Notes: a model not told the origin generated them from the letters alone. A stretch of 63,049 nucleotides of DNA, filler included, from Chiloscyllium plagiosum (GCF_004010195.1; 4 parts of one record of this genome joined end to end with filler, not necessarily neighbours in it); one strand, 5' to 3'. Positions 24,765-38,004 are shown, counted from the first letter of the whole stretch. Translations and numbers: made by a program.

Positions 24765-25650
24765 GGAGGCAAATGGCCTAGTGGTATTATACCTAGAATC
24801 TTAATCCAGAGGCCCAGGCGATTTCCTGAGGAAAGGGTGCAAGTCCCATTATAGCAGATGTTGGAATTTGAATTCAATAAAACTGTGGAATGAAGAGTCT
24901 AATGATAATCATGAAACCATTGTTGATTGTGGTAAAAATCCATGTGGCTCACCAATGTCTTTTAAGGATGAAAAATGATGTGCTTACCTGGTCTAAAGCA
25001 AAAAAAAAAGCCTGCAGATACTGGAATCCAAAATAGACAGGCAGGAGGCTGAAAGAGCATAGCAAGCCAGGCAGCAGCAGGAGGTGGAGAAGTTGACATG
25101 TTTGTGTGTAACCCTTTTTAAGACTGGGGCTGGGTGTGGGGGGAGCAGCAGATAAAGTGGATGGCATGGACAGGGTGGTGAAGAGGGGATAGGTGAAGAC
25201 AGGCAGAGGGATCGACCTGGTTGGTCAAAGGAGAAATGAATCCATTTGGTGGCAGGGAGCAGTGGAAGGGAGGTTATTTGAATTTGGAGAACTCAATGTT
25301 GAGTCCTCCAGGCTGTAGGTTGCTCAGGTGGAAGCTGAGGTGATGTTCTTCCAATTTGAGGTTTGGTTCCTTGTTGCAAGGGAGGAGGCCAAGGATGGTC
25401 ATGTCAGAAAGGGAGTGGGAAGGGGAATTCAAAAGTGCGGTGACTGGGAGATCCGGTCGGCACCTGTGATGCTCAGCGAACCATTCCTTAAGTTTACATT
25501 TGGTCTCCCTGATGTATAGAAGACCTTGCCTGGTCTGGCCTATATATGATTCCAGAACCATAACATTGAGAGTGACTCTTACCTGCTGTCTGGAGAATAA
25601 GTGCTAGCCTAGCCAGGGATTCCCATATCCTGTCAATGAATAAAAGAAAG
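24765..25650 (+). mobile_element. SacSINE1-like SINE split by an old PLE (24995-25524, minus strand, GIY-YIG remnant)
   Basis: SINE head gggaggc..tggcctagtggtatta; inner ORF LLYIRETKCKLKEWFAEH; 12-bp duplication ctt(a/g)cctggtct at 24983-24994 and 25525-25536. Confidence 0.75.
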
Positions 25651-26580
25651 TTAAGAATGAAAAATGAACAAGCAGGTAAAGAATGACCAAAACTGTACAC
25701 TGGGCAGAGCATGAGTTACAAACACAAGTACAAGAGCTTAGATACCATAAAACATTTTTATAAATATACAACAATCCCAGGACATAATATGTCAGCATGG
25801 TTCTACATTGCAGAGGAAGAGAAACCCGCTCAGACCAATGTACAACATAATGATCATGCAGAAGGGATTGAGGAAGCACACTCCAATAATTGTGCGATGA
25901 TAACCAAAAAATGGACTGGTGGACATCTTCTGGACAGGTCACCAATTAATAAGACTGTAATGCATAGGAGTAGATTTGGCCATTCAGACAATTACGTCTG
26001 CTCCACCATTTGATCGTGGCTAATGATGCTTGTCAACCCAACTTTCCTGTCTTTCCCCATAACCTTTGATCCCCTTACCACTGAGAGTCTAGCTACCTCT
26101 GTTTTACAGACACTCAACCTGGCCTCCACAGCCTTCCATGGCAATGATTCACTCTGAAGTTCAGGACAAGTTCTCCAATGTCCAAAGTGTTACATTGAGT
26201 TTTGAAATGTTAGTTGTGTAAGCCTATTTTACCTGTTAGGTATATGTAGTCAATTTGATAATTATGTTGATAACAACGAAGTATATCTGATGGGATAAGT
26301 TTTATCATTGGTCATAAAAGGACAATCTTGTCTTATGTCCCACAGTCAGTCAATCAGTATACCCATGAGATATCCCACAGTCAGTATGTCAGTACATGTA
26401 AGAGATACGCATATGCGACTGCATCATAACCTGTGACCTGAGGCTCTAAAAGTGCCATTTGCTACCCTACCATTTCTAACTATATGTTCTTCTATTATTA
26501 GCTAATAGCTTAATGTTAACACAGACACAAATTGCTTGAAGAATGTAATGTCTGTACATAAATTATAGGTCTAATAAATG

Positions 26581-26882
26581 ATTAGATTTCCTACAGCGTG
26601 GAAACAGGCCCTTTGACCCAACCAGTCCACACCAACCCTCCGAAGAGTAACCCACCCAAACCCATTCCCCTACACCTAACCGCTATGGGCAATTTAGCAC
26701 GACCAATTCACCTGACCTGCACATCTTTGGACTGTGGGAGGAAACCAGAGCACCCGGAGGAAATCCACACAGACACAGGGAGAATATGCAAGCTCCACAC
26801 AGGCAGTCACCTGAGGCTGGAATTGAACCTGGGAACTGGTGCTGTGAGGCAGCAGTGCTAACCACTGAGCCACTGTACCACA
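26581..26882 (-). mobile_element. HE1-type V-SINE
   Basis: tRNA-like head (tggctcagtggttagc, ggttcaattcc), V-domain gtgtggagcttgcatattctccc, CR1-like tail. Confidence 0.9.
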
Positions 26883-27039
26883 CCTTTTTTTTAATAGAAA
26901 TAATGCTCCACATGGCTTTGAGTTCACTATTGTCTTAATATCTCCATTGATGATGGGATTGCCTACAGTATTGAAACAGGCCCTTCAACCCAACTAGTCC
27001 ATACCGACTCTCCGAAGACCCATTTCCCACTTAAAGGTC

Positions 27040-28167
27040 ACCAATGACTCTGACTCTGCCACCCCCATGGGCAGCGCATTCCATGCCCCCACCACTCTCT
27101 GGGTAAAGAATCTACCCCTGACATCCCCCCATACCTTCCACCCTTCACCTTAAATTTATGTCCCCTTGAAACACTCTGTTGTTCCGGGGAAAAAGTCTCT
27201 GACTATCTACTCTATCTATTCCCCTGATCATCTTATAAACCTCTATCAAGTCACCCCTCATCCTTCACCGTTCCAATGACAAAAAGGCCTAACACTCTCA
27301 ACCTATCCTCGTACGACCTATTCTCTATTCCAGGCAACATCCTGGTAAATCTCCTCTGCACCCTCTCCAAAGCTTCCACATCTTTCCTAAAATGAGGCGA
27401 CCAGAACTGCACACAGTACTCCAAATGTGGCCTTACCAAGGTCCTATACAGCTGCAACATCACCTCACGACTCTTGAATTCAATCCCTCTGCTAATGAAC
27501 GCTAATACACCATAGGCCTTCTTACAAGCTATATCCACGTGAGTGGCAACTTTCAAAGATCTATGAACATAGACCCCAAGATCTCTCTGCTCCTCCACTT
27601 TACTAAGAATCCTACCGTTAACCCTGTATTCCGCATTCTTATTTGTCCTTCCAAAATGGACAACCTCACACTTGACAGGGTTGAACTCCATCTGCCACTC
27701 CTCAGCCCAGCTCTGCATCATAGCTGAGTCCCTTTGCAGCTGACAACAGCCCTGCTCACTATCCACAACTCCACCAATCTTCGTATCGTCTTCAAATTTA
27801 CTGACGCACCCTTCAACTCCCTCTTCCAAGTCATTAATAAAAATTACAAAAAGCAGAGGACCCAGAACTGATCCCTACGGAACTCCACTTGTAACTGGGC
27901 TCCAGGCTGAATATTTACCATCTGCCACCACTCTCTGACTTCGAACGGTTAGTCAGTTCTCTATCCAACTGGCCAAACTTCCCACTATCCCATGCCTCCT
28001 GACTTTCCGCATAAGTTTACCATGGGGAACCTTATCAAATGTCTTACTAAAATCCATGTACATTACATCCACTGCTCTACCCTCATCCACATACTTGGTC
28101 ACCTCCTCAAAGAATTCAATAAGACTTGTAAGGCAAGACCTACCCCTCACAAATCCGTGCTGGCTGT
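27040..28167 (-). mobile_element. CR1 LINE ORF2 (relatively young), truncated by an assembly gap
   Basis: GRSCLTSLIEFFEEVTK, YMDFSKTFDKVPH, SKFEDDTKIGG, LVRPHLEYCVQFWSP. Confidence 0.95.
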
Positions 28168-28267
28168 NNNNNNNNNNNNNNNNNNNNNNNNNNNNNNNNN
28201 NNNNNNNNNNNTTAATTAATTAANNNNNNNNNNNNNNNNNNNNNNNNNNNNNNNNNNNNNNNNNNNN
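28168..28267. other. Artificial assembly spacer N44-TTAATTAATTAA-N44
   Basis: Identical 100-bp construct at 46272-46371 and 55433-55532; the 12-mer has stops in all six frames. Confidence 0.9.
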
Positions 28268-28480
28268 GAGGTGATGAGGTTATGGATGGTCTGGGAGATG
28301 ATGGTTTGGTGGTGGGGGCTGGGGTCATGGTCGAGGGGGCAGTAGGAGGAGGTATCTGCGAGCTGGCGTTTGGCCTCAGCGGTGTAGAGGTCGGTGCGCC
28401 AAACTACTCCCGCGCCTCCCTTGTCTGCTGGTTTGATAGTGAGGTTGGGGTTGCAACTGAGTGAGTGGAGGGCTGCGCGT
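28268..28480 (-). mobile_element. PLE reverse transcriptase N-terminal fragment
   Basis: Minus IKPADKGGAGVVWRTDLYTAEAKRQL. Confidence 0.85.
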
Positions 28481-28842
28481 TAATTAGAGCTTGGGGTCTA
28501 GCTAACTGAAGGCATGACACTGAATCGTGTGAAGAAAGTGGGGGCAACAAGCGGAGGGAAGAGTTGGGGAATGCAGAGTTGCAGGAGGTTATGTTGAATT
28601 ATAGTAATAAAAAGAAACCAATTAAAAAAATTCATGTTTTTCCAAATTGGTAGCTATTTTTAAATTCCATTTTAATTCAGTCCATTTGAATTGTGCAGCT
28701 GGTGATTTTTGTTTTTACTTGGCTGATTATATTCTCAGCCTGCTCAGCTGATTTATTGCTGTTTCACCACATTGTTACTCTGGTCTCCCCCTCGACCTTT
28801 AATTGGCATCAGTGTATGATGATGTCATATTAATAAAACAGG

Positions 28843-28967
28843 GCAAAAGTGAGGACTGCAAATGCTGAAAACCAGAGTCTAGTTTAGAGTGGTGCTGGAA
28901 AAGCACAGCAGGTCAGGCAGCATCTGAAGAGCAGGAAAATCGACATTTCATGCAAAAGCCCTTCAGG
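28843..28967 (-). mobile_element. ORF-less PLE family A terminus (about 125 bp)
   Basis: Matches 48459-48590; hammerhead decayed. Confidence 0.8.
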
Positions 28968-29699
28968 AAGACAAATGAGGAGCCAGGTTCAATGTCGCAA
29001 GCTCAGAGTGAAGTGAAGTAGAGGCAATGAGAAAATCTGAGAAGATCCTGGCAACCAACATAAAAGGGAATCCAAAGATCATAATCATGAGTAGCTGTTG
29101 GCAAGCCTGCTCCAATATTGATACAAACATGGCTGATCTCATCTCTGCGTAAAATCCACTTTCCTGTCTACTCTCCATAACTCTTCAACTCATTGCTAAT
29201 TTAAAATCTGTCACAGTTCAAAAGGTTTCAGGATCTCAGAATGGTTAGCACAGAAAGTAATGACTTATCATGGCTGACTGGCTCCCAAAGACACTTTATC
29301 ACCGCTCAGAGCTGTGCAGGTTAGATGGGTTAACCATGCTAAAACCTGTCCTATAGTGTTCAGGGATGCACAGGTTAGGTGGGTGAGCCATGGTAAAAAC
29401 CCTGTGCGGGGATCCAGGGATGGGTGGGGGCGTGGCTCTGGATGACTTGCTGTTCAGAGGATCTGTGCAGTCTCGATGGGCTGATTGGCCTCTTTCCCCA
29501 CTGTGATTCTGCATCAGTTCCCTGAAAGAACATTTCATTTTGTGCTGTTTTCCTATTTTCTTCCTGTAACTCTGCATTGTCATATTGTTCCTCTTCAGGT
29601 TACAGTCTTTTGACTAGCTTGATTGAATTTGCCTCCACTACATAGGAAGTATATTCCAAAACTTAAACATTTCCTTTGTGTAACAGTTTGTCATCTATC

Positions 29700-30245
29700 A
29701 TTTTTGCTTATTTAATTGAAGTGCATTGTCCCTGGAACTGTAATTGTGAATCGTTTTGTATGCTGTCCAATGCCTTCACAACCTTGCGAAATTGTGGTGC
29801 TGGAACTGGATACAATGCATCAATTGAAGCCAGACTAGCATCATAAATAACCTTATTTTTCTTGTACTTTCTCCCTGTTAATAAAGCACTGGATACTGTA
29901 ATTTTGATTAACCACTTTGCCACCAATGATGTGTGTGTACACAGCATCCAGTTCGCCCTGCATCGCCTTGAGAGTTGTACCCTTTATATTATCTATTGAA
30001 GTTATTCCCACCAAAATGAATCCCTTCACATTTCTGAGATTGAACTTATCCACCACTTCGCTCTCTATTCAACCAAACTTTTTATGCTTTCGGAGTCCTA
30101 CATAATCTTCCTTACAGTTTGCAACAACCCCAAGTTTCGTATTATCTGCACACTTATACCAATGTCTAGGTTATAAGCAGATCTGGAAAACCAAGAGCCC
30201 AATATGACCCCTGGGGAATTTCATGGCCATCCTTCCTCCAGTCTT
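29700..30245 (-). mobile_element. Old CR1 reverse transcriptase fragment
   Basis: Minus ADNTKLG-like and APQFRKVVKAL-like motifs. Confidence 0.6.
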
Positions 30246-30621
30246 TAAAAAATAAAGTTTATAAATTGTAAAAGGAGGTGTGCATCATTTGGGAACCAAA
30301 AAAGGGATTTGCACATAGAGGCAGAAAGTCTGGCAATGATATTTAAATTAGTATTTTAGTAGTATCCTTCTCTTTCGTAAAAGTTGCGGTTTATCAAGAT
30401 GTTGATAAAGAGGTGGTTTCATGATGGCTGGCTGTAGTCCAAGTTAATTCGTCACCAGACATAGGTTGGGGGAGTCCAGCACTAGAGGGCATAGGTTTAG
30501 GGTGAAAAGGGAAGGATATAAAAGAGACCTAAAGGGCAGTTTTTTTCACACAAAGGGTGGTGCATGTATGAAATGAGCTGCCAGAGGAAGTGGTGGCAGC
30601 TGGTACATTTACAACATTTTT

Positions 30622-32812
30622 AAAGTTAAAAATCACACAACACCAGGTTTTGTCCAACAGGTTTAATTGGAAGCACACTAGCTTTCGGAGCGACGCTCCT
30701 TCATCAGGTGATTGTGGAGGGCTCGATCATAACACAGAATTTATAGCAAAAATTTACAGTGTGATGTAACTGAAATTATACATTAAAGAATTGATTGTCT
30801 GTTAAGCCTTTCATCTGTTAGAATACAGTGATAGTTTCACTTCTTTCATGTGTAAATCACAAAACCCTTTTTTTAAAGTTGCATTCTCGGGTTAGCTGTT
30901 AACAATGGTGATAGCTAGACAATGTGTTGAAGGTAAAAACAATGACTGCAGATGCTGGAAACCAGATTCTGGATCAGTGGTGCTGGAAGAGCACAGCAAT
31001 TCAGGCATGTGTTGAAGGTGTTCGCCCCCTGTGTTCTCTGTCTATGACCTGATGTTTAGATTGATTCCAACCTTAAAAAGTGAAATAACAGAGTTTTACA
31101 TAAATTCATGCAGTTTTTGAGCTCAGAGTTCTACATGAATCTATGTGGTTTTTGAGCCAAGTTTCATTGTAACTTTGTACCAAAAAAATTCACCACACAC
31201 AATATATATGTGTGCATGTGGGTCTTTGTCTGTGTGTGTCTCTGTCTGGGGTGGGGGTTGTGAGTGTGAGAAAGTGTGTGTGTGTGTGCACGCAGAGTGT
31301 CTTAAGTCTGTGAGGGGGTGCATGTGTGGGTGTCTGTGTGCGCATCTGTGTGTATCTGTGTCCATGTGCATGTGAGTGTCTGTGTGTGGGAATATCTGTG
31401 TGTATGTGTGTGTGTGTGTGTGTAGTGCAATGGTGATCACCTGTAATGTGACATGAACCCAAGGTCCCGGTTGAGGCCCTCCCTATGGGTACCGAAATTA
31501 GCTATCAGCCTCTGCTCGGCCACTTTTCTCTTCTGCCTGTCCCGAAGTCCACCTTGGAGGATGGTCACCCGAAGGTCCGAGGCTGAATGTCCTGGACCGC
31601 TAAAGTGTTCCCCAACTGGGAGGGAACCCTCCTGTTGTGCGGTGCCCATTCATCTGTTGTCGTAGCCTTTGCTCGGTTTCCCCAATGTACCATGCCTCCG
31701 GGCATTCTTGCCTGCAACGTATAAGATAGACAAAGTTGGCTGAGTCACATGAGCACCTGCCAGGCAAAAGGTGGGAGGTGATCCAATGCGTAATAGTAGT
31801 ATCCATGTCCACAATCAGACACGTCTTGCCGCATGAATGTATGTAAAACTCCATTATCTCACTTTTTAGATTAGAATCATTCTAAACATCATGGTATAGA
31901 CAGAGAACACAGGGGTGGATTCTGGATCAGCGGTGCTGGAAGAGCACAGCAGTTCAGGNNNNNNNNNNNNNNNNNNNNNNNNNNNNNNNNNNNNNNNNNN
32001 NNNNNNNNNNNNNNNNNNNNNNNNNNNNNNTTTTGCAGTGTCCACCGTGACAGGGTTGTATGGAGTTGTCCTGAGAGCCGGGCAGTTTGCTACAAACAGT
32101 GATCTGTTTGAGGTTTGGCGGTTGTTTGAAGGCAAGTAGTGGAGGTGTGGGGAAGGTCTTGGTGAGGTGCTTATCTCCATTGATAATATGTTGCAGGTCA
32201 CGAAGAACAAGGCGTAATTTTTCAGCCCCTGGGAAGTACGGAACAACTAAGGGTACCCTGTCAATTGCAGCCCGTGTCTGTCTCCTGAGGAGTTCATTAC
32301 GGTTCCTTGCTGTGGCACGTCTGAACTGGCGGTTGATGAGTTGAACATTGTACCCCGTTCTTGTGAGGGCATCCTTGAGTACTTCCAGGTGTCCGTCACG
32401 TTCCTCCTCATCTGAGCAGATCCGGTGTATGCGTAGGGCTTGTCCATAGGGATTGGCTGTTTTAATATGTTTTGGGTGGAAGCTGGAGAAGTGTAGCATT
32501 GTGAGGTTGTCTGTGAGTTTGCGGTAGAGTGTGGTGCTGAGGTGCAAAGGCTACGACAACGGATGAATGGGCACCGCACAACAATCAACAGACAGGAGGG
32601 TTCCCTCCCAGTTGGGGAACACTTCAGTGGTCCAGGACATTCAGCCTCAGACCTTCAGGTGACCATCCTCCAAGGTGGACTTCGGGACAGGCAGCAGAGG
32701 AATGTGGCTGAGCAGAGGCTGATAGCTAAGTTCAGTACCCATAGGGAGGGCCTCAACCGGGACCTTGGGTTCATGTCACATTACAGGTGATCACCATTGC
32801 ACTACGCGCACG

Positions 32813-32852
<40 letters not shown>

Positions 32853-33170
32853 CTCTCATGCACACGGACACAGATACACACAGATGCGCACACAGACACC
32901 CACACACAGACTCCCACACATGCACCCCCTCACCGACTTAAGACACTCTGCACTCACTACACACACACACACACACACACACACTCTCTCAACCCCNNNN
33001 NNNNNNNNNNNNNNNNNNNNNNNNNNNNNNNNNNNNNNNNNNNNNNNNNNNNNNNNNNNNNNNNNNNNNNNNNNNNNNNNNNNNNNNNNNNNNNNNNNNN
33101 NNNNNNNNNNNNNNNNNNNNNNNNNNNNNNNTTGTACACCCCAGTCCAACACCGGCATCTCCGAATCATG
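30622..33170 (-). mobile_element. PLE family B with RT C-terminus, GIY-YIG endonuclease and inverted duplicated 3' region, inserted into a CR1 3' end
   Basis: STTLYRKLTD...SSFHPKH..PYGQALRIHRICS; VYLIRC...WYIGETEQRLRQ; inverted copy from 32545; catttttaaag duplicated at both ends with CR1 halves at 30462-30620 and 33172-33320. Confidence 0.9.
30676..30710 (-). ncRNA. Minimal type-I hammerhead ribozyme (family B)
   Basis: CAC CUGAUGA A GGAGC-GUC-GCUCC GAAA GCUA GUG; perfect core and stems. Confidence 0.8.
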
Positions 33171-33324
33171 ATCATTTTTAAAGGTATCTGGATGAGTATG
33201 TGAAGACAAAGAGTTTCGAGGGATATGGGCCAAGTGCGAGCAAATGGGACTCGATTAATTTAGGGTAGCTGGTCGACATGGGCGAGTCAGACCAAAGGGT
33301 CTGTTTCCATGCTGTACCTATCTG

Positions 33325-35597
33325 GAAATACGAAGGGAAGTAAAGGTGGAAATTGCAGAGGCAATGGCCATTATTTTCTCATTCCCCTGCAGGGATGGTG
33401 TCAAATGACCAGACAATGGAAAATGTTACACTGTTTTTAACAAAAAGCTGAAAGGATACACTTAGCAATTGCATACGTACCTTAGTTTTGAGAAAGTTTC
33501 AGACAATAATTTGAAATGGGCAGGCACCAGGTAAGATACAATAGGGATCAAAGAGATGGTTGACCAATTAAATTCTGCCTTCATAAAGCAGGACCCCAAT
33601 TACATGTCAAAAATGTTAAGGGAACACAGTCTTATGAAAGGGAGGAACTGAAGGAAATCAGAAATGGAACAAGAAAGGTGTTGGGAAGGCAGATACATCC
33701 CAACTGTCTGATAATCTGCATCCCAGATTATTTCTAGGGCCACTTCAAGAATGGATGCATTGGTCATCTTTCAAGATTCTATGAACTGTCAAACAGTTCC
33801 CATGGATTGGACGATAACGACTGTCACCCCTCTGTTTAAAACAGAAGGCAGAGAAAATATAGTGAATTACAGACCCATTTGCTCGACATTGGTGGTAGGG
33901 AAAATACTCGATAGACACTATGATAAAAAAAATTTAATCGCAGCTCACTTGAACAAAAATGACAGGATTGGACCGAATCCACATGGATTTATCAAGGGGA
34001 AATTACCCTTGACAATTCTTTTTGACTTTTTTTCAGAATAGATGAGGAGCCAATAGATGTGGTTTAGTTGGAATTTCAAAAGGCTTTTGATGAGGGATTA
34101 TGCAAAATAAACACACATGGGATTGGAAGTAGTACACGAACATGGATAGAGAACTGGTTGGCAGACAGGAATTTTTTTTTTTAAATTTGCACATCCCTAG
34201 TTGCCCTTGAAGGTGGTGAGCTGCGCCTTGACCTTGCTGTGGGTTGACCCAAAATGCCATTAGGGAGGAAATTCTAGAAATTTGACCCAATGACAGTGAA
34301 GCAACAGCGATATATTTCCAGATCAGGATGGTGAGTGGCTTAGAGGGGAACTACAAGCTGGCGGTGTTCCCATGTATCTGCTCCCCTTCTGGATGAAGTG
34401 GTTGCGGATTTGGAAGGTACTGTCTGAGGATCTTTGAATTTCTGCAGTGCATCTTGTAGATCGTGCACACTATTGCTCCTGAGGGAGTGGATGCAGTGTC
34501 AGTCACGTGGGCTGCTTTATCCTGGATGGTGTCAAGCTTCTGAAGTGTTGTTGGGGCTGCACTGATCCAGGCAAGTGGGGAGTACTCCATCACACTCCTG
34601 ACTTGGAACTTGTAGATAGTGGGCAGGCTTTTGGGAGTCTTGCTACAGTATTCCTAGTCTCTATCTGCTCTTGTAGCCACTGTGTTTGTGGTGAGTCGAG
34701 CTGAATTTCTGATCAGTGATAACTTTGAGGATAATAGTGAGAGATTCAGTGATGGTAACACCATTGAATGTCATAGGACGGTGGTTAGATTATCTCTTGT
34801 TGGTGATAGCCATAGCCTGGCATTTGTGTGGCACGAATGTTACTTGCAACTTGTCAGCCCAAGCCTGGATTTTGTCGAGATCTTGTTGCATTTGGACACA
34901 GATTGTTTTAGCGTCTGAAGAGTCACAAATGGTGCTGAACAGTAGGAATAAACATGTTTTATTTTGAGTGAAATCAGTGACTGGTGGGGTATGGCAGGGA
35001 TCAGTGCTTGGAACCCAGATTTCACGTGATATATTGATGATTTAGCTGAGGGAGCTAAATGTAATATCTCCACATTTGCAGATAGCACAAAACTGAGTGG
35101 GAGGGTCAACTGAAGGAAGGTGCAGAGATGCTTCTGCTTGATGTAGACAAGCAGAGAGAGTGCCCAGTGCATGACAGATGTACTATAATGAGAGTAAATG
35201 TGGGACTTTTTCAATTTAGTAGCAAAAACAGGAAAGCAGAGTATTATCTGAATGGTGATGGACTTTGCCCATTAGTCGCTAAAAATAAGCATGTGAATGC
35301 AGCAGGCAAAGATGGCAAATATGTTGGTTTTCATAGTAAGTGGATTTGAGCAGAGGGATATCTCTCTACAACTGTACCGAGCCTTGATTGAGACCATGCC
35401 TCAAGTATTCTGTGTGCTTTTGGTCTCCCTTCATGAGCAAGGATGTTCTGGCTATGGAGGGAATGCCACAAATCTTTACATGATCTTTTCCTGGGATGAC
35501 AGGACTGATATATGAAGCGAGACTGAATTAATTAGGAGGATATTAACTGGAGTTGATCAAAATGAAGATTATAAAATTATAATAGGATCAGACAGTG
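33325..35597 (+). mobile_element. Old CR1 ORF2 fragments, interrupted by another LINE; continues at 36376-36680
   Basis: VTPLFKTEGRENIVNYRPI, HGFIKGK, FADSTKL motifs. Confidence 0.75.
34180..34945 (-). mobile_element. Second CR1-like LINE family, 3' part
   Basis: MEYSPLAWISAAPTTLQKLDTIQDKAA; related copies at 38005-38990 (-) and 53075-53600 (+). Confidence 0.75.
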
Positions 35598-35670
35598 AAT
35601 TTTGCGAAGATTTATAGCTCCGGTTGAGGTTCTGGATGTCGGTTTGCTCGCTGAACTGGAAGGTTCATTT

Positions 35671-35710
35671 CCAGACATTTTGTCACCCAAATAGGTAACA
35701 TCTTCAGTGG
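35671..35710 (-). ncRNA. Hammerhead motif (family C), CpG-decayed
   Basis: CCA CUGAAGA U GUUACC-UAUUUG-GGUGAC AAAA UGUC UGG; G of GAAA lost. Confidence 0.55.
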
Positions 35711-36294
35711 GCCTCCAGGCAAAGCACTGTTGATAATTCCTGCTTTCAATTTATATGTTTGGGTTTCTTTGGGTTGGTGATATCACTTCCTGTTCTTTTT
35801 CTCAGGTGGTAGATGGGGTCTAACTCTGTTGATAGAGTTCCAGTTGGAATGCCATGCCTCCAGGAATTCTCGTGCGTGTCTCTGTTTGGCTTGTTCTGGG
35901 ATGGATGTGTTTTCCCAGTTGAAGTGGTGTCTTTCCTCATCTGTAAGTAAGGATATTAGTGAGAGAGGGTCATGTTGTTTTGTTACCAGGATACATCAAC
36001 ATCAACTAGCCACAAAACGGTGTAACCCTCTCTCACTAGTATCCTTCCATGCAGATGAGGAAGGACATGCTTTGACTGGGTCAACACATCTATTCTAGGA
36101 CAAGCCAAACAGAGACAAGCACAAGAATTCCTAGAAGCATGGCATTCCAACCAGAATTCTATTAACAAACACATTGACTTGGATCCCATTTACCACCCCT
36201 TGAGAAAAAGAACAGGAAATGACATCACCAACCCAAAGAAACCCAAACATATAAATAGAAAGCAGGACTTATAAGTAGTGCTTCATCTGGAGGC

Positions 36295-36334
36295 CCACTG
36301 AAGATGTTACCTAGTAAGGTGACAAAACATCTGG
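36295..36334 (+). ncRNA. Hammerhead motif (family C), CpG-decayed
   Basis: CCA CUGAAGA U GUUACC-UAGUAA-GGUGAC AAAA CAUC UGG; stems I and II intact, G of GAAA lost. Confidence 0.55.
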
Positions 36335-36925
36335 AAACAAACTTTCCAGCTCAGCGAGCAAACTGACATCCAGGACCAGACAGGTTAAATGCTAGAAAGA
36401 TTTTCTCAATGACTAGGAGTCCAGAGCCAGGATCACAGTTTAACAATCGTGGAAGCATCTTGACCCAGTGAGTGGTGAGCCTGTGGAATTCTGTCACGAA
36501 GTGTTTGAGGCCAAACCATTTTATGTTTTCAAGCAGGAGTTAGATATAGTTCATGGCACTGAAGTGATCAAAGGATATGGCTAGAAAGCAAGCACAGGAT
36601 ACTGAATTGGATGATCAAACATGATCATGTTAAATGGTGTGGCATAGGTTTGAAGGGCTGAATGTGCTCCTGTATTCTGTAATTAGAATAAAATGTACAG
36701 CCACTTGTGGATCAATTCAGAAAAGCAGCTGGATTTGTTGAGGACAAATAATTTGACTTAAGTTAATCAGTGTGATAATGGAAGATTAATAAGGATGATG
36801 TGCTGTGTACATTGTGTCCAAAAGGCAGTTGACAAAGTTGCACATAACAGGATTGTCAGGGAAGTTGATGTCTGTAGAACAAAGGGACAGTACCAGCAGG
36901 AATGGAAAATTGGCTGGGCAACAGG

Positions 36926-37520
36926 GAGCTGAAAATGTGTTGCTGGAAAAGCGCAGCAGGTCAGGCAGCATGCAGGGAACAGGAGAATCGACGTTTCGGG
37001 CATAAGCCCTTCTTCAGGAATGAGGAAAGTTTGTCCAGCAGGCTGAGATAAAAGGTAGGGAGGAGGGATTTGGGGGAGGGGCGTCGGAAATGTGATAGGT
37101 GGAAAGAGGTCAAGGTGAGGGTGATAGGTCAGACTGGAGTAGGGACGGAGAGGTCAGGAAGAAGATTGCAGGTTAGGAAGGCGGTGACATGGTGGTTGGG
37201 TTGGTTGGTCCGGGTGTCCCAGAGGTGTTCTCTGAAACGCTCCGCAAGTAGGCGGCCTGTCTCCCCAATATAGAGGAGGCCACATCGGGTACAGAGGATG
37301 CAATAGATGATATGTGTGGAGGTACAGGTGAATCTGTGGCGGATATGCAAGTTTCCTTTGGGGCCTTGGAGGGAGGTGAGGGGGGAGGTGTGGGTGCAAG
37401 TCTTGCACCTCCTGCGGTTGCAGGGGAAGGTGCCGGGAGTGGAGGTTGGGTTGGTGGGGGGGTGTGGATCTGACGAGGGAGTCACGGAGGGAGTGGTCTT
37501 TACGGAATGCTGATAGGGCA
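36926..37520 (-). mobile_element. PLE family A, GIY-YIG and 3' terminus
   Basis: GTFPCNRRRCKTC...IIYCILCTRCGLLYIGETGRLLAERFREH. Confidence 0.92.
36987..37020 (-). ncRNA. Minimal type-I hammerhead ribozyme (family A variant)
   Basis: UUC CUGAAGA A GGGC-UUAU-GCCC GAAA CGUC GAU. Confidence 0.7.
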
Positions 37521-38004
37521 ACAGGGAACAGACCAGTGATGAAGACCTGGTTTTTTTTTAAATTGGAGAGGTCATGTAGTGTGGTGCCCCAGTGGTCACT
37601 CTTCAGACATTGCTTTCCTTGATTAATATTAATGGCATAGATTTTTTAATTGTGCCAAAGTTTTATATGAGAAGGATAGTGGTAGATTTGAATAGGGCAT
37701 AGCCTAGTGGAATGGGAGGATGTGGGGCAGGTGAAATTTCTTTGAGAAAATTGTGGTGTTGCAATTTGGTAAAAAAAAACAAGGAAGGGAAATATAAAGT
37801 AAAGCACAGTCTTTGCAACAGGGTTTCAGAAGCAAAGAAACCTCAGTACATGAGAGTAAATTGTTGAAGGTGGCAGAGCAGGTTGAGAAAGTGTTTAATA
37901 AGGTATAAAGGAACTGGGTCTGGGTAAATAAGAATTGTAAAGTACACACAAGGGAATTATGCTTCATCTTTATGAACACTGGTATGGTCTCAACACTTTC
38001 ATTA

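Larger units (their letters stand above)
35598..36375. mobile_element. PLE family C: inverted-repeat arrangement of GIY-YIG C-terminus and terminus
   Basis: Plus ILGQAKQRQAQEFLEAWHSNQNSINKHIDLDPIY; 35630-35970 is the reverse complement of about 36030-36373. Confidence 0.85.

Noticed and set aside
28212..28223. Recurrent TTAATTAATTAA motif (also 46316 and 55477) as a biological site
   Set aside because: Always centred in exactly 44+44 Ns, so it is an assembly spacer
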